64,000 nt of DNA from Thermoanaerobaculia bacterium (lineage in GTDB: Bacteria > Acidobacteriota > Thermoanaerobaculia > UBA5066): the NCBI GenBank assembly GCA_963816185.1, contig CAWFJJ010000005.1, forward strand, positions 224,001 to 288,000, read 5' to 3'. Made by a program: the position numbers and the translations under genes. Positions 1 to 12,828 of this stretch are shown here, piece after piece. Below the pieces are notes generated by a model. It had not been told where the DNA came from. It searched no databases and saw only the letters and a list, made by a program, of their open reading frames with translations. The stretch's first letter is position 1. Every line of letters starts with the position of its first letter.

Positions 1-1068
<1,068 letters not shown>

Positions 1069-1118
1069 GGCTCCATCCTCTCAAGTGTTGGAGCCTCCGG
1101 AAATGCCGGGGCGATTCA

Positions 1119-1373
1119 CAGCTCTTTGAGCGCGTCTTCGTCGGCCTGTACAAGTATGACGGGCCGAAGAGGGGCGAAGTCTTCTTCTTTGATGTGATGG
1201 AGAGTCCACCGAAGCAGGGGCCGCCGCGACCCGCGAAGCGGCTGACCCTGAATGAAGTCATCGCTGAGACGACGAGTGAATTCGAGAGGCGAAACGATAC
1301 CAGGTTCGAGTGGGACGACGGCGATGTCGATACGACGCCACCATCCGATGACGTCGCCGGCGACGAGGAGTAA
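1119..1373 (+). pseudogene. 3' remnant (84 codons) of a gene interrupted by IS copy 1; function unknown, possibly a nuclease of the R-M locus
   Basis: Open frame from the IS boundary: QLFERVFVGLYKYDGPKRGEVFFFDVMESPP...acidic tail, TAA at 1371-1373; no start codon of its own; co-oriented with the next gene. Confidence 0.55.
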
Positions 1374-1478
1374 TCCTTGAGTGATTGCCGGAGAAAGAAA
1401 GGCCTCTGGACCGTCGTGCTCCAGAGAGTTCCACCACTCGTTTCCACTGGTCTTGACGTTCGGAGCAAAGGCCGGTAG

Positions 1479-2326
1479 GTGAGAGGACTCGACATCCTCG
1501 CCCGCACGCTCTCGTCGGCCCGAAGAAAGGACCAGTTCGGGAACGAGTGGCAGTTGAGTCTCGCAGTGACCATCATTCGAAGGTGGCTTGCTGGGGAATC
1601 TTTTTCGACCTTCTCCAGACATCGGCCCTCTTTCGGGAGCACGTGTCTGAGTTATCGGTGGTATTTGGCGTCAACCACGAGATGCGGGACTTCAAGAACA
1701 ACCGAAAGAAGGACCTTGATCTTGTGGTTGCTCGCCCACGTGGGGACGGCGAGAAATTCGATGCCCGATCCTTTGGCGATCTCGTGGAAACGTACCAGAT
1801 CGAGCTCACGCCCGAAGAACGCGCCTCGCTCGCCGCACTTCCGGCGTTTTACGAGGGGCCGGTAGGGACCGTCCAGATTGCGCTCGAGGCAAAGGCGTGT
1901 ATGACCGCGCACGTAAAGGCGCTTCCAGGCTCTATGACGAGCTGAACTCGAGTCAGCAGACGATCCATGGAGCCGCGGACGAGGCCGTGGCTGTGGGATT
2001 CGTGATGATTAATGCCGCGACTTCGTTCCTGAGCCCGGGTAAGAACCGATTTGATCTCAGAAAGGCCAAGCCTGACGTATCGCCACATAGTCAGCCAGGG
2101 GTGACTGAGAAGGTCGTAGAAAAACTCAGCGAAATGGACCGGCGCTCCAAGACAGGAGAGTCGGGATTCGACGCATTGGGCATTGCAGTGATTGACTGCA
2201 AGAACGACAGATCGCCGGTCACCCTGGTCCAGGCCATCCCGCGCCGAGGCGGGCGACATCTACAACTACGAGTCGATGATTCGTCGGGTCGCCCAGCTTT
2301 ACGAGGCGAGGTTCAGGACGATTTAG
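1479..2326 (+). CDS. Putative PD-(D/E)xK restriction endonuclease-like protein, three apparent frameshifts (about 1555, 1928, 2240)
   Basis: Stitched frames read MRGLDILARTL...SRSDHHSKVACWG...KKDLDLVVARP...IALEAKACMT...RLYDELNSS...MIRRVAQLYEARFRTI*; D...ExK spacing; convergent with vsr and dcm. Confidence 0.55.
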
Positions 2327-2744
2327 AAAGCCCGTTCGTAAGCTTGCGGACAGCGCTGGCTAGTCGCTCTTCGACCTGACACTCCCATACGACTACCGCC
2401 GTGAAACCCTGGCGGCGGAGCTTCGCGATAGCGCGAGCGTCCCGACGCCGGTTCTCCGAGAACTTCTTCGTCCAGAAGGTCCGATTTCGTTTTGGAACCG
2501 TGGCTCTGACGCAACCCGGGTGACCATGCCAGAAGCACCCGTGAACGAAAACCGCCCATTTTTTCGAACGGTTCGCCATGTCTGGCGAACCAGGCAAGTC
2601 ACGGTTCTCCGTCCTGAAGGCGTGGCCGAGTGAACGGAGGATTCCTCGAACCGTGATTTCCGCCGACGTCCCGCGTTGGCGAATGTGACCCATTCGAATG
2701 GACGTTCTGGAGTCGACCTCGAGGTCGTCTCGTCGAAGGTTCAC
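2313..2744 (-). CDS. vsr: Very short patch repair endonuclease
   Basis: RMGHIRQRGTSAE, LPGSPD, FVHGCFWHGH, VVWEC motifs; directly downstream of a C5 methyltransferase. Confidence 0.93.
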   Translation of the reverse strand: MNLRRDDLEVDSRTSIRMGHIRQRGTSAEITVRGILRSLGHAFRTENRDLPGSPDMANRSKKWAVFVHGCFWHGHPGCVRATVPKRNRTFWTKKFSENRRRDARAIAKLRRQGFTAVVVWECQVEERLASAVRKLTNGLSKSS

Positions 2745-2766
2745 GGGCGACGCTCGGCTTGATCCT

Positions 2767-4047
2767 TCAAACTGCGACGCTGAGACCCTCGCGCATCCGC
2801 GCCAAGTGATTCTCGACGGCGCGCAGGAATCCTTCTGGAAAATGTAGGGAGCTCGATCGCGCCCTAGAGAGAAACCCCGCAGTCGCCTTCACCGAGAGGG
2901 GCTCCACGGGAAACCGGAGAAACTCGTCTAGCGGGGGTGAACGTCGGCGCTTCGGCCATCTGGACACCCGCGCGGCATGTCGACCGTTGCCGACGTTCCA
3001 TGCGGCCCGAGGCCAAGACTGCCCTAGGCGGTGAGTCACGTCGCCGGAGGGGTCGTACTTCCCGGGTCGTCTGAGCCGCCTCCCGATCCACTCGGCGACG
3101 TCAACCGTGACCGCATTGCCGACGAGCTTCCATCGATGACCGGCGCGTGCCACCTCCTCGGCAGGTCTCGGTCCAATCAGCCGGGAAGCCTTGCATCCGC
3201 TCACAGTCCGCTAACGTCGGGCTTTCCGATGAAGCCCGACGGGAAAGAGAATAGCCGGGGGGGAGGGAATCCCGATCGTGGAGCCACCCTTGAGTGTCGG
3301 AACAGCGTTCACCGCCCAACCCAACCCACGGATCCCCTCGGTCCAGTAGAAGCCGCAGGCGACGGGCTCACGAGGAACCTGCTCGGGCTCACCGACATCG
3401 TCGACCAGAAGCACATCGCGGGGGTCTTCTTCCAGGCACGCGAGAAGATAAACGCGTTCACGGCGCTGTGGGAGGCCGAATGCTCTCGAATCGACGACTC
3501 GGTACGCCCACCGATAGCCGAGGTCTTCGAGGCTTGAGATGATCACGTCCAGCGCACGACCTCCGCCTAGCTGGAGCATGAAGGGCACGTTCTCCAATAG
3601 CACGAATGGAACCGGCTGGCGCTCGAGGATGCGGAAGATCTCACCGACGAGGCTAGATCTAGCCCCGGTGATCCCCTCCGTTCGCCCAGCCTGACTAAGG
3701 TCCTGGCAGGGAAAGCCGGCCACGAGAAGGTCGGTTCCATTCGGCAGGCGTACGACATCCCGCACATCGGGCGTAATCGGAATGCCGGGGAAGCGGCTCC
3801 TCAGCACGCTTGCGGCCGCCTCATCGAGCTCGCACAGCAGTCTGGTTTTGTGCCCCGACCGATGTAGGCCCCGTTCGATGCCACCGACGCCCGCGAAAAG
3901 GCCCACGACACCCAGCTCCCGAGTCTGTCTTTCCGAGCCCGAGGCCTTCCGAAAGGACCGAGACTTCTTCGCGGCAGGGAAGGAAAGAACCAGCTGTCTC
4001 CCTCCTTCTGCTCTAGTAGGGGAGTCGGGAACCCGCTTGCCAGCCAT
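2767..4047 (-). CDS. dcm: DNA (cytosine-5)-methyltransferase, 2-3 frameshifts at about 3160-3245
   Basis: Motif I LFAGVGG, IV GFPCQDLS, VI LENV, VIII QRRERVY; IX RMQGFP and X GNAV lie in other frames (ORFs 3101-3319 and 2767-3204). Confidence 0.9.
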
Positions 4048-4091
4048 GTCGTCCCAAACAGTATCTCAGTTTCGAACGGCCGTGAGGGCCC

Positions 4092-5234
4092 CTACGTCCC
4101 CTTCTTGTACAGGTACGCCGACTCCAGCGTCCTGACGCCCTCGCTGTCGCCGACGACGTGTTTGCCGCCGCTCCAGATGGCGGCGCCGGCGGTTCTGCCC
4201 TTCGCGTCGACGGCGTAGTAGCTGACGTTGAACCTCGGGCGGCCTTTCTCGTCGCGGTGGTGGGGGACTTTGTGCGTCTTCTCGTCGATGCGCTTGAGGG
4301 CGAGGAGGCACGCCTCCTCGGGACTCTTCCCCTGCCGCATGAACTCGACGACCGTATGCGAGCCGCAGGTGACGAGGTTCGCCTCTCCGCGTCCCGTGGA
4401 TCCGCAGCTCCCGACGCCGTTCTCGCTGTAGATGCCCGCGCCGACCACGGCCGAGTCTCCGACGCGGCCCGGCATCTTGAAGTAAAGGCCGGACGTCGTC
4501 GTGACGCCCACGAGATCGCCTTTCGCGCTCCTCACGGACATGTGGATCGTGCCCTGCGGCCGGAAGTACTCGTTGCCGTTCTTCCGGATGAACTCCTTGA
4601 TGTCGGGATCCTCGGCTTCCTTGCCGGCCTCGATCCAGTCGTCCGCGTCCGAGAGGCGCTCTTTCCAGTAGAGCCAGATCTTCCGGCTCTTCGCCGTCAG
4701 GAGGTCCTCGACGGGGAAGCCGTGCGCCGTCGCGAACTTCCGTGCGCCCTCGCCGACGAGGAAGACGCGGTCGGTCCTGTCCATGACGAGCTTCGCGACC
4801 TTCGACGGCGTCTTGACGCCCTCGAGCGCGCCCACGGCGCCGGCCCGCATCGTGCGGCCGTCCATGACGCACGCGTCGAGCTGCACGACGCCTTCCTCGT
4901 TCGGGATGCCGCCGTACCCGACGCTCATGTCGTTCGGGTCCAGCTCGTTGATGTTCACGCCCACGATCGCGGCATCCAGCGGGTCGTAGCCCTGGATGAG
5001 CGCCTGCCGTGCGGCCTTCGCGGCCTCGACGCCGTTCGCGGACGTCACGAGGACGTAGGAAGAGGAGGATTCTGCTTCCCGAGCGGGCTGCTGCGCCGCA
5101 GCCGCACCGGTTGACGGTGGGGCCTGGCCACGCAGTCTTTCTTCGAAGGGGGAAGAGGGGAGAAGGCTCGCGGCGCCGGCCGCGGTGGCTGCGGTTGCGG
5201 CCGCCTTCAGGAAGCGGCGGCGGGAGGTGGACAT
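4092..5234 (-). CDS. Ntn-hydrolase of the glycosylasparaginase / isoaspartyl peptidase family, Tat-exported
   Basis: SRRRFLK twin-arginine signal; SVGYGGIPN, LDACVMDG, GT cleavage site, TTSG, PGRVGDS, TGRGE. Confidence 0.9.
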   Translation of the reverse strand: MSTSRRRFLKAAATAATAAGAASLLPSSPFEERLRGQAPPSTGAAAAQQPAREAESSSSYVLVTSANGVEAAKAARQALIQGYDPLDAAIVGVNINELDPNDMSVGYGGIPNEEGVVQLDACVMDGRTMRAGAVGALEGVKTPSKVAKLVMDRTDRVFLVGEGARKFATAHGFPVEDLLTAKSRKIWLYWKERLSDADDWIEAGKEAEDPDIKEFIRKNGNEYFRPQGTIHMSVRSAKGDLVGVTTTSGLYFKMPGRVGDSAVVGAGIYSENGVGSCGSTGRGEANLVTCGSHTVVEFMRQGKSPEEACLLALKRIDEKTHKVPHHRDEKGRPRFNVSYYAVDAKGRTAGAAIWSGGKHVVGDSEGVRTLESAYLYKKGT

Positions 5235-5352
5235 CGGCAGCTGCCTTTCTCGGCGCGTTTCGACCGCGCCGTTGCGAAAGCGTCATTCACCTTCTAAGTA
5301 GATCTTCTTTTCTCCTGGCTCACCGAGACGGCGACAGGAGACGACGCTGGCG

Positions 5353-5763
5353 TCACTCCTCCGGCAGCTCGGCTTCTTCCTCTTCCGCCCGCACGCCGCC
5401 CGGGAGCGCGTACTTCATCACGATGTCGCCGAGGTGCTGCGAGAAGGCCGAGCGGGGCAGAACCTGGTCGCAGCCCGCCTTCTCGCCCTTCTCGAGAAGA
5501 TCCTTCCTCACGTGCTCGTAGTAGCCCACGACGGCGATGCCTCTCGTCTTCGGGTTCTTCTTCAGGGCCGCGATCGCGGTGAAGGGGTCGTCGCGGAGCG
5601 CGAGGTCGACGATGACGAGGCCCACGCGCCCGGATTCGGCCTTGGCCGCGAGCTGAGCGGATTTTTCGATGAAGATGCCGTTCGCCTGCGCGGATTTCAG
5701 CGTGTGGTCGATCTTGGTCTTCCAGAACAAATCGTCCGCCAGGACGAGGACCGTGGGGTTCAT
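5353..5763 (-). CDS. Single receiver-domain (CheY-like) protein
   Basis: MNPTVLVLADDLF...LVIVDL...AGCDQVLPRS; atypical receiver fold. Confidence 0.7.
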   Translation of the reverse strand: MNPTVLVLADDLFWKTKIDHTLKSAQANGIFIEKSAQLAAKAESGRVGLVIVDLALRDDPFTAIAALKKNPKTRGIAVVGYYEHVRKDLLEKGEKAGCDQVLPRSAFSQHLGDIVMKYALPGGVRAEEEEAELPEE

Positions 5764-5930
5764 GGAATGCCTCCTCGGGCGACAGCTCGAACCTGTGATT
5801 CGGCATGGGCTTGCGATGGATCGAGCAGGGACAGTATAGGCCCGTCGCGGGCCGGTCACAGGTTCGACAAGTCGCCTCGGGGGATGTCAGACTCCCCGCC
5901 AGTTTTTCGAGGGACCAGGAGGACACACGG

Positions 5931-7960
<2,030 letters not shown>

Positions 7961-7999
7961 GGTCCCTCGTTTCCGGTCATCGGGGCGCGGGTCGTCAGG

Positions 8000-8329
8000 G
8001 TGAATTTTCTTAGAGTGGAAGAGGGAAGAAGAGAACGGGCGAAGCGCCTGCGGCTGGCATCGGCGATCGTCGGCACGCTGGTTTTCCTGGCTCTTTACTT
8101 CGTAGACCCGGCCACATCGTCCTTTGCGCCGCCGTGTCTCTTCACGGCGCTCTTCGGAGTCCGCTGCCCCGGCTGCGGCAGCCTGCGCGCGCTGCACGCG
8201 CTCGCTCATGGCGACCTGAAAGCGGCGCTCGCCTTCAATGCGCCCCTCGCTTATGTCCTGCCGCTCGCAGGCGCTTTCCTCCTTTATTCCCTTCTAAGAA
8301 GATCTTCTTCTTCCGGCTCTTCTCTTTAG
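8000..8329 (+). CDS. DUF2752-like small membrane protein
   Basis: PPCLF...CPGCGSLRALHALAHGD...FNA motif with two hydrophobic helices. Confidence 0.75.
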   Translation: MNFLRVEEGRRERAKRLRLASAIVGTLVFLALYFVDPATSSFAPPCLFTALFGVRCPGCGSLRALHALAHGDLKAALAFNAPLAYVLPLAGAFLLYSLLRRSSSSGSSL

Positions 8330-8518
8330 CTTCCTTTCTCCGCCTGATCTGAGCCGGGGACGCACGCCTCGCCGCTTTCGTTCAGGTGTCCCTTTTCGGC
8401 GGCACGAAAGCGTGCAGGGATGTGTGGCATCACGGGTTTTCCAGTGTTTTTCCGGGCCTGTCGATTGCACTGTAGAGGATGTCCCCGAAAGAAACCGGGG
8501 CAGAAAGAGAGGCCGATC

Positions 8519-8974
8519 ATGAAGACCCTGATGCGTACCTTGACGCTGTCCGCCGCGGCCCTCGCGGCCCTGGTGGCGGCCCCGAAGTCCGATGCCCAGC
8601 AATTCCGACACGGCGGGGCGCGCGAAACGTTCCGTGGAAACTCCGGTCACGGCGGAAGCTTCCGCGGAGGCGACTTCCGTGGACGCGAATTCCGCGGGCA
8701 CGAGTTCCGTGGAGGCGACTTCCGAGGTCGCGAATTCCGAGGATACGGCTGGCACAACCGGGGATTCGTTCGCCCGCCGGCCTTCTTCTACGGCCACCGC
8801 TACGTCTCTCCGTTCCGCGTCTTCGCCGGCAGCCGCTTCTACTCGTACTGCCCGGGTCCCGGCTACATCTACGTCGACGACCTCGGCTGGGTCTTCCCGC
8901 CCTTCCTCGGCGCCGTCTGGGTTCCCGCGCACATCAACGGGTTCGGCGTCCGGGTCCGCGGCTTCTGGCGTTGA
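8519..8974 (+). CDS. Secreted Gly/Arg/Phe-rich hypothetical protein
   Basis: AGAGG RBS, signal peptide MKTLMRTLTLSAAALAALVA, FRGxx repeats, C-terminal WVPAH...VRGFWR. Confidence 0.75.
   Translation: MKTLMRTLTLSAAALAALVAAPKSDAQQFRHGGARETFRGNSGHGGSFRGGDFRGREFRGHEFRGGDFRGREFRGYGWHNRGFVRPPAFFYGHRYVSPFRVFAGSRFYSYCPGPGYIYVDDLGWVFPPFLGAVWVPAHINGFGVRVRGFWR
8660..8743 (+). repeat. Six tandem 15-nt units encoding FRG(GD/RE/HE)
   Basis: TTCCGnGG at 8660, 8675, 8690, 8705, 8720, 8735. Confidence 0.9.
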
Positions 8975-8997
8975 GTCTGCTTCCCTCGGACCGCACG

Positions 8998-9025
8998 GAG
9001 CGCCGCCTCGAGAGGGGCGGCGCTC
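8998..9025. terminator. Hairpin between convergent genes, probable bidirectional terminator
   Basis: GAGCGCCGCCTC-GAGA-GGGGCGGCGCTC stem followed by TCGTCTTT. Confidence 0.65.
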
Positions 9026-9038
9026 TCGTCTTTGATGC

Positions 9039-10112
9039 TCAGGCGCCGCTCTCGCGCGCGAGAAGATCGCGCTTGCGCCGGATCCCCCACCGATAGCCGC
9101 CCAGCCCGCCGTCCCCCCGGACGACTCGATGGCACGGCACGACGAGCGCCGCGGGGTTCCTGGCGCAGGCCGAGGCGACCGCACGCACGGCGGACGGACG
9201 TCCGATCGTCGCGGCGATCTCGCCATAGGAACGCGTCTCGCCACGCGGAATCGTGCGCAGCGCCTCGAAGACGCGCCGCTGAAAGGTCGTGGCGCGCAGG
9301 TCGAGCGGGATACCGGAGAGATCGACGTCGCCGCCGAGCGAGCGCACGATGAGCTCCGTCCAATCGCCGAGCGCCCCGGGAGCCGGCTCGAGGAGGGCTT
9401 CGGGATATTCGCGCCGAAGAGCTTCCGCGAGCTCCCGGTCGGAATTCCCGAGCGTGACGGCGCAGACGCCTCGATCCGTCGCGGCGACGAGGAGCCGGCC
9501 GAGCGGCGTGGGAACGCTTCTGTACCGGATGTGGAGGCCGCGCCCTCCGCGCTGATAACGTCCCGGCGTCATGCCGAGATGCCGGGGTGCCTGGGCGTAC
9601 GTGCGGCTGCTCGACCCGTACCCGGCCTCGAAGCTGGCGGAGGCGACGCTCGTCCCATCCCTCAGCAGCGCCTTGAGCCGGTCGGCGCGCTGTGCGTCCG
9701 CGTAGCGCTTCGGTGTGACACCGACGAGCTTCTTGAAGACGCGTTGGAGATGGAACGGCGACAGCCCTGCGGCGCGGGAAAGAACCCGGAGCGGCACCGG
9801 AACGTCACCGTGCGATTCGAGGAACGCAATGGCGCGGCGTACGGCGCGGACGGCCGAGGCCGGCTCGGCGCTTTGCGGGCGGCACCGGAGACAGGCACGG
9901 TAGCCGGCGGCCTCGGCTCCGCCGGGGTCCGCGAAGAAGGTCACGTTCTCGCGCTTCGGCCGGCGGGCCGCGCAGGACGGGCGGCAGTAGACGCCCGTCG
10001 TCGAGACCGCGAAGACGAAGAGACCGTCGGAGGCGGCGTCGCGCGCGAGAACCGCGTTCCAGGCGCGGGCGGGATCTGGAGGAGGGGGCGAGGACATCGC
10101 GGTGATCATCAT
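9039..10112 (-). CDS. ada: Bifunctional transcriptional activator / O6-methylguanine-DNA methyltransferase Ada
   Basis: TGVYCRPSC and ACLRC Zn site, AraC HTH (SPFHLQRVFK), active site PCHRVV; true start may be at 10097. Confidence 0.95.
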   Translation of the reverse strand: MMITAMSSPPPPDPARAWNAVLARDAASDGLFVFAVSTTGVYCRPSCAARRPKRENVTFFADPGGAEAAGYRACLRCRPQSAEPASAVRAVRRAIAFLESHGDVPVPLRVLSRAAGLSPFHLQRVFKKLVGVTPKRYADAQRADRLKALLRDGTSVASASFEAGYGSSSRTYAQAPRHLGMTPGRYQRGGRGLHIRYRSVPTPLGRLLVAATDRGVCAVTLGNSDRELAEALRREYPEALLEPAPGALGDWTELIVRSLGGDVDLSGIPLDLRATTFQRRVFEALRTIPRGETRSYGEIAATIGRPSAVRAVASACARNPAALVVPCHRVVRGDGGLGGYRWGIRRKRDLLARESGA

Positions 10113-10175
10113 GCCGGGAAGATGGGGCGGTGCGCGCCTCCTCTCTCCCCGGATCTTGCGGTCAAACTCGCGAGG

Positions 10176-10871
10176 TCACGAGCGCTTGAAAAGGGGCAAG
10201 AGCGTCGGTTCGAGGCGACGGTACAGGGCGGCCGTCGCCTCGACGTCTCCCCGGCAGTAGTCGGCGATCTCCCGGATGCGACCCTGCCGGTAAAGGTCGC
10301 CCACGGCATAGCCATGCATCTCTTCGCTTTTCGGAGAGGGGATCCCGAACGCGACGCAGGCGGCGTGGAGGTGGGCTGCTGGTCCCGTGCGACGGCGCCT
10401 TGGAAACTGAGCATTCCATGCAGATCGACGTGCGTCTCGATCGAGTATCGATAGCCGAGAAGATTCTTAGAAGGTGAGAGACCGTGAATGGCGCTGCTCA
10501 CGGAGAGGAAAGGCCCGTCGAACGCGCGGCCGTTGAAGGAGACGAAGCGGTCGAACTTGAGAGCGTTCGCCCAAAACTCGCGAGAGCATCGTCGGCTCTT
10601 CGCACGCGACGAAGTCGAAGAGCCCGTCCTCGGCGAGGTGCGCCTCGCGCCGCCCGGTCGCCTCGTGCCAGACGAACCCGCGCCCGGTCTCCGGATTCGT
10701 CATGCCGATCACGATGACTTTCCCCGTATAAGGAGAGAGCGCTCCGCCCTCTTTCCTTCTCAGAAAATCTTCGTGATCTTCGGCCCGTCGCGTGAGCTTC
10801 TCGCGCTGCAGCGCATCCAGCTCGAGCCACGGAAACGACACCGTTTCGATGTCGAAGACGACCGTCTTCAC
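10176..10871 (-). CDS. PolB-related 3'-5' exonuclease (RNase H-like fold), two frameshifts (about 10580, 10375)
   Basis: VKTVVFDIET (ExoI), SFNGRAFD (ExoII), HVDL, IADYCRGDV (ExoIII) across three frames; stop TGA at 10176-10178. Confidence 0.8.
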
Positions 10872-10881
10872 GGGAGGGAGC

Positions 10882-11718
10882 TTACTTCGGGACAGTTGCC
10901 GGCGGCGTCGGCACTGCGGGCTGCGGCAGGACGACGCCGAGACGTTCGGCGAGCCAGGCGAAGGCAGCCTGCTTCGCTTCGGGATGCTCGCGGAAGACGG
11001 CGAGATCGTGTGCGCTGCCGGGGAAGAGAAGCATGCGTCGAGGCTCCTCGACGGAGGCCAGCAGGCGCCGCGCGGAGTCCGCGCGGCCGGGATCGTCCTC
11101 GCAGGCAAGGAGCAGCGCCGCGCGCGGCGTGACCTTCTTCCCGCCGGCGAGCGGAAGAACGCGCGGCTCGTTCACGGAAATCGCCACGGCGGCGTCCACG
11201 AGCCTCTCCGACGACGCGAGGAGCGCGAGATACCCGCCGACCGAGAGGCCGACCGCCGCGGTGCGCGGAGACTTCGTTCTCAACCAGGCGGCGGCGGCCT
11301 CCACGTCGCGCGGGAAGCCCGCCGGGTCCCTGAGGAGACTCGGGGAGATCTGGAGCGCCCGACCGGCCTTCTTCGTCGACTCGCCGTGAGCGCGCAGGTC
11401 GAAGGAAAGCGTCGCGAATCCCCGCTCGTGGAGCTCCTCGGCGAAGGGCTCCCATTCGCGCCGCTCGCGCGAGAAGTCGTGGATGAGGAGGACGCCCGGA
11501 GCTTTCGCGTTTCCCTCGACCGGGCGCCAGGACGACGCGAGCGCGACGCCGTCGGCCGTCCGGATCGTGACGCGGAAGGGGTCCACCGGGCGCGGCACCG
11601 GCGTGGGCTCGGGCGCCCTCCTCTTTCTTCTCTTCGCGTCTGCGGCTCCGCTCGAAAGGAGCGCGAGCACGGCGACCGCGGCGATCGCTCGCCGGTGGGC
11701 GGGCCGGAGACCGGTCAC
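10882..11718 (-). CDS. Secreted alpha/beta hydrolase
   Basis: Signal-like N-terminus, FDLRAHGES, nucleophile elbow GLSVGG, C-terminal His (GSAH); GTG overlaps the upstream stop. Confidence 0.8.
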   Translation of the reverse strand: MTGLRPAHRRAIAAVAVLALLSSGAADAKRRKRRAPEPTPVPRPVDPFRVTIRTADGVALASSWRPVEGNAKAPGVLLIHDFSRERREWEPFAEELHERGFATLSFDLRAHGESTKKAGRALQISPSLLRDPAGFPRDVEAAAAWLRTKSPRTAAVGLSVGGYLALLASSERLVDAAVAISVNEPRVLPLAGGKKVTPRAALLLACEDDPGRADSARRLLASVEEPRRMLLFPGSAHDLAVFREHPEAKQAAFAWLAERLGVVLPQPAVPTPPATVPK

Positions 11719-12740
11719 TTCGGCTTGAAGCCGCTGCCGAGCGCGAAGAGGACGTGGTCGTGGACGTAGTGCGTGAGAAGGAACGAGAGCACGACCGCGT
11801 AGTAGCTTGGCTCCGCCGGCAGGTGCAGGACGACGGTGAGGAGCAGGATCACGAGCGTGGCCCCGGTCGTCAGCAGGAGATTCCAGCCGTAGTAGCGGAA
11901 GAACTTCCCGGGCTGCGCCATCTTCCTCACGAACGTGGCTCCGGCGGCGGCATTGTCCTGCCGGAGGATGAGGTACGTGAGCCCGAGGTACTGGAACGAA
12001 TGCCACGCGTTGAAGCCCTGGAAGGAGATCGAGAGCTCCGGCAGGCGAGGGACGAGGAGGGCCACGACGACGGTGAGCGCCATGAAGAAGGCATACGGCG
12101 CCGCGAGCTCGCGGCGGCGGATCTGGTTCGCGGTGAAAACGATCCACGCGGCGATCAGTGCCGCCGTGAAGACGGCGAAGGAGTCGGCGAACCATGCGTG
12201 CTTCAGGAAGGCGGGGAACCAGAGAGTCGTCTCGCCGATGCGGAACGTGCCGGCGACGTGCCGGTACATCGCATAGCTGTAGAGCGACGTGATGACGACC
12301 GAGAAGTCGAGAAGGCGCTGCCATGGACGCGCGGCGCCACCCTTCTCACGATAGAGGTAACCGATGTACGAGGCCTGGTCGCACACGTGAATCGAGGCCC
12401 ACGTGAAGAAGAACGTGAGAAGCCACGGAAAGGCGTAGACGGTGCCGAGGATGACGCCGACCGGAACGATCACCACGGGCGCCCAGGTGAGCGCCGGGTG
12501 GATCTGCCGGAAGCGCGGCTCGAAGACCGTCTTCAGGAAGGTCGCGTACATGTGCGGGCCGCCGATGAGAAGCGTGATGAGGAGGTCCACGCCCCCCGCG
12601 GTCGTTTTTCCGAGCGAGTGAACGAGAAGCGGGACGGCCACGATGGCCGCCGACAACGTCAGGACGATGAGGTCCCAGCGCGGATTCGCGATCCACTGCG
12701 AGGGCTGGGAACGGGCCAGAGCCTGCGCTTCGGCGTTCAT
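11715..12740 (-). CDS. Multi-pass membrane protein with His motifs, unknown function
   Basis: About 9 hydrophobic segments; GPHMYAT, SIHVCDQ, AWHSFQY, THYVHDH. Confidence 0.75.
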   Translation of the reverse strand: MNAEAQALARSQPSQWIANPRWDLIVLTLSAAIVAVPLLVHSLGKTTAGGVDLLITLLIGGPHMYATFLKTVFEPRFRQIHPALTWAPVVIVPVGVILGTVYAFPWLLTFFFTWASIHVCDQASYIGYLYREKGGAARPWQRLLDFSVVITSLYSYAMYRHVAGTFRIGETTLWFPAFLKHAWFADSFAVFTAALIAAWIVFTANQIRRRELAAPYAFFMALTVVVALLVPRLPELSISFQGFNAWHSFQYLGLTYLILRQDNAAAGATFVRKMAQPGKFFRYYGWNLLLTTGATLVILLLTVVLHLPAEPSYYAVVLSFLLTHYVHDHVLFALGSGFKPK

Positions 12741-12828
12741 GGTGATCGCGGGCCGAGTGGCGCCGGGCCCGGCGGCGCGAGTGTAGCAAAGGGAAGAAAC
12801 GCCTCTGGACGGGCGTTAAGATCGATGC

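Noticed and set aside
8660-8743. Short direct repeats as a possible CRISPR array
   Set aside because: 15-nt in-frame period with no unique spacers and no cas genes; it is a peptide repeat
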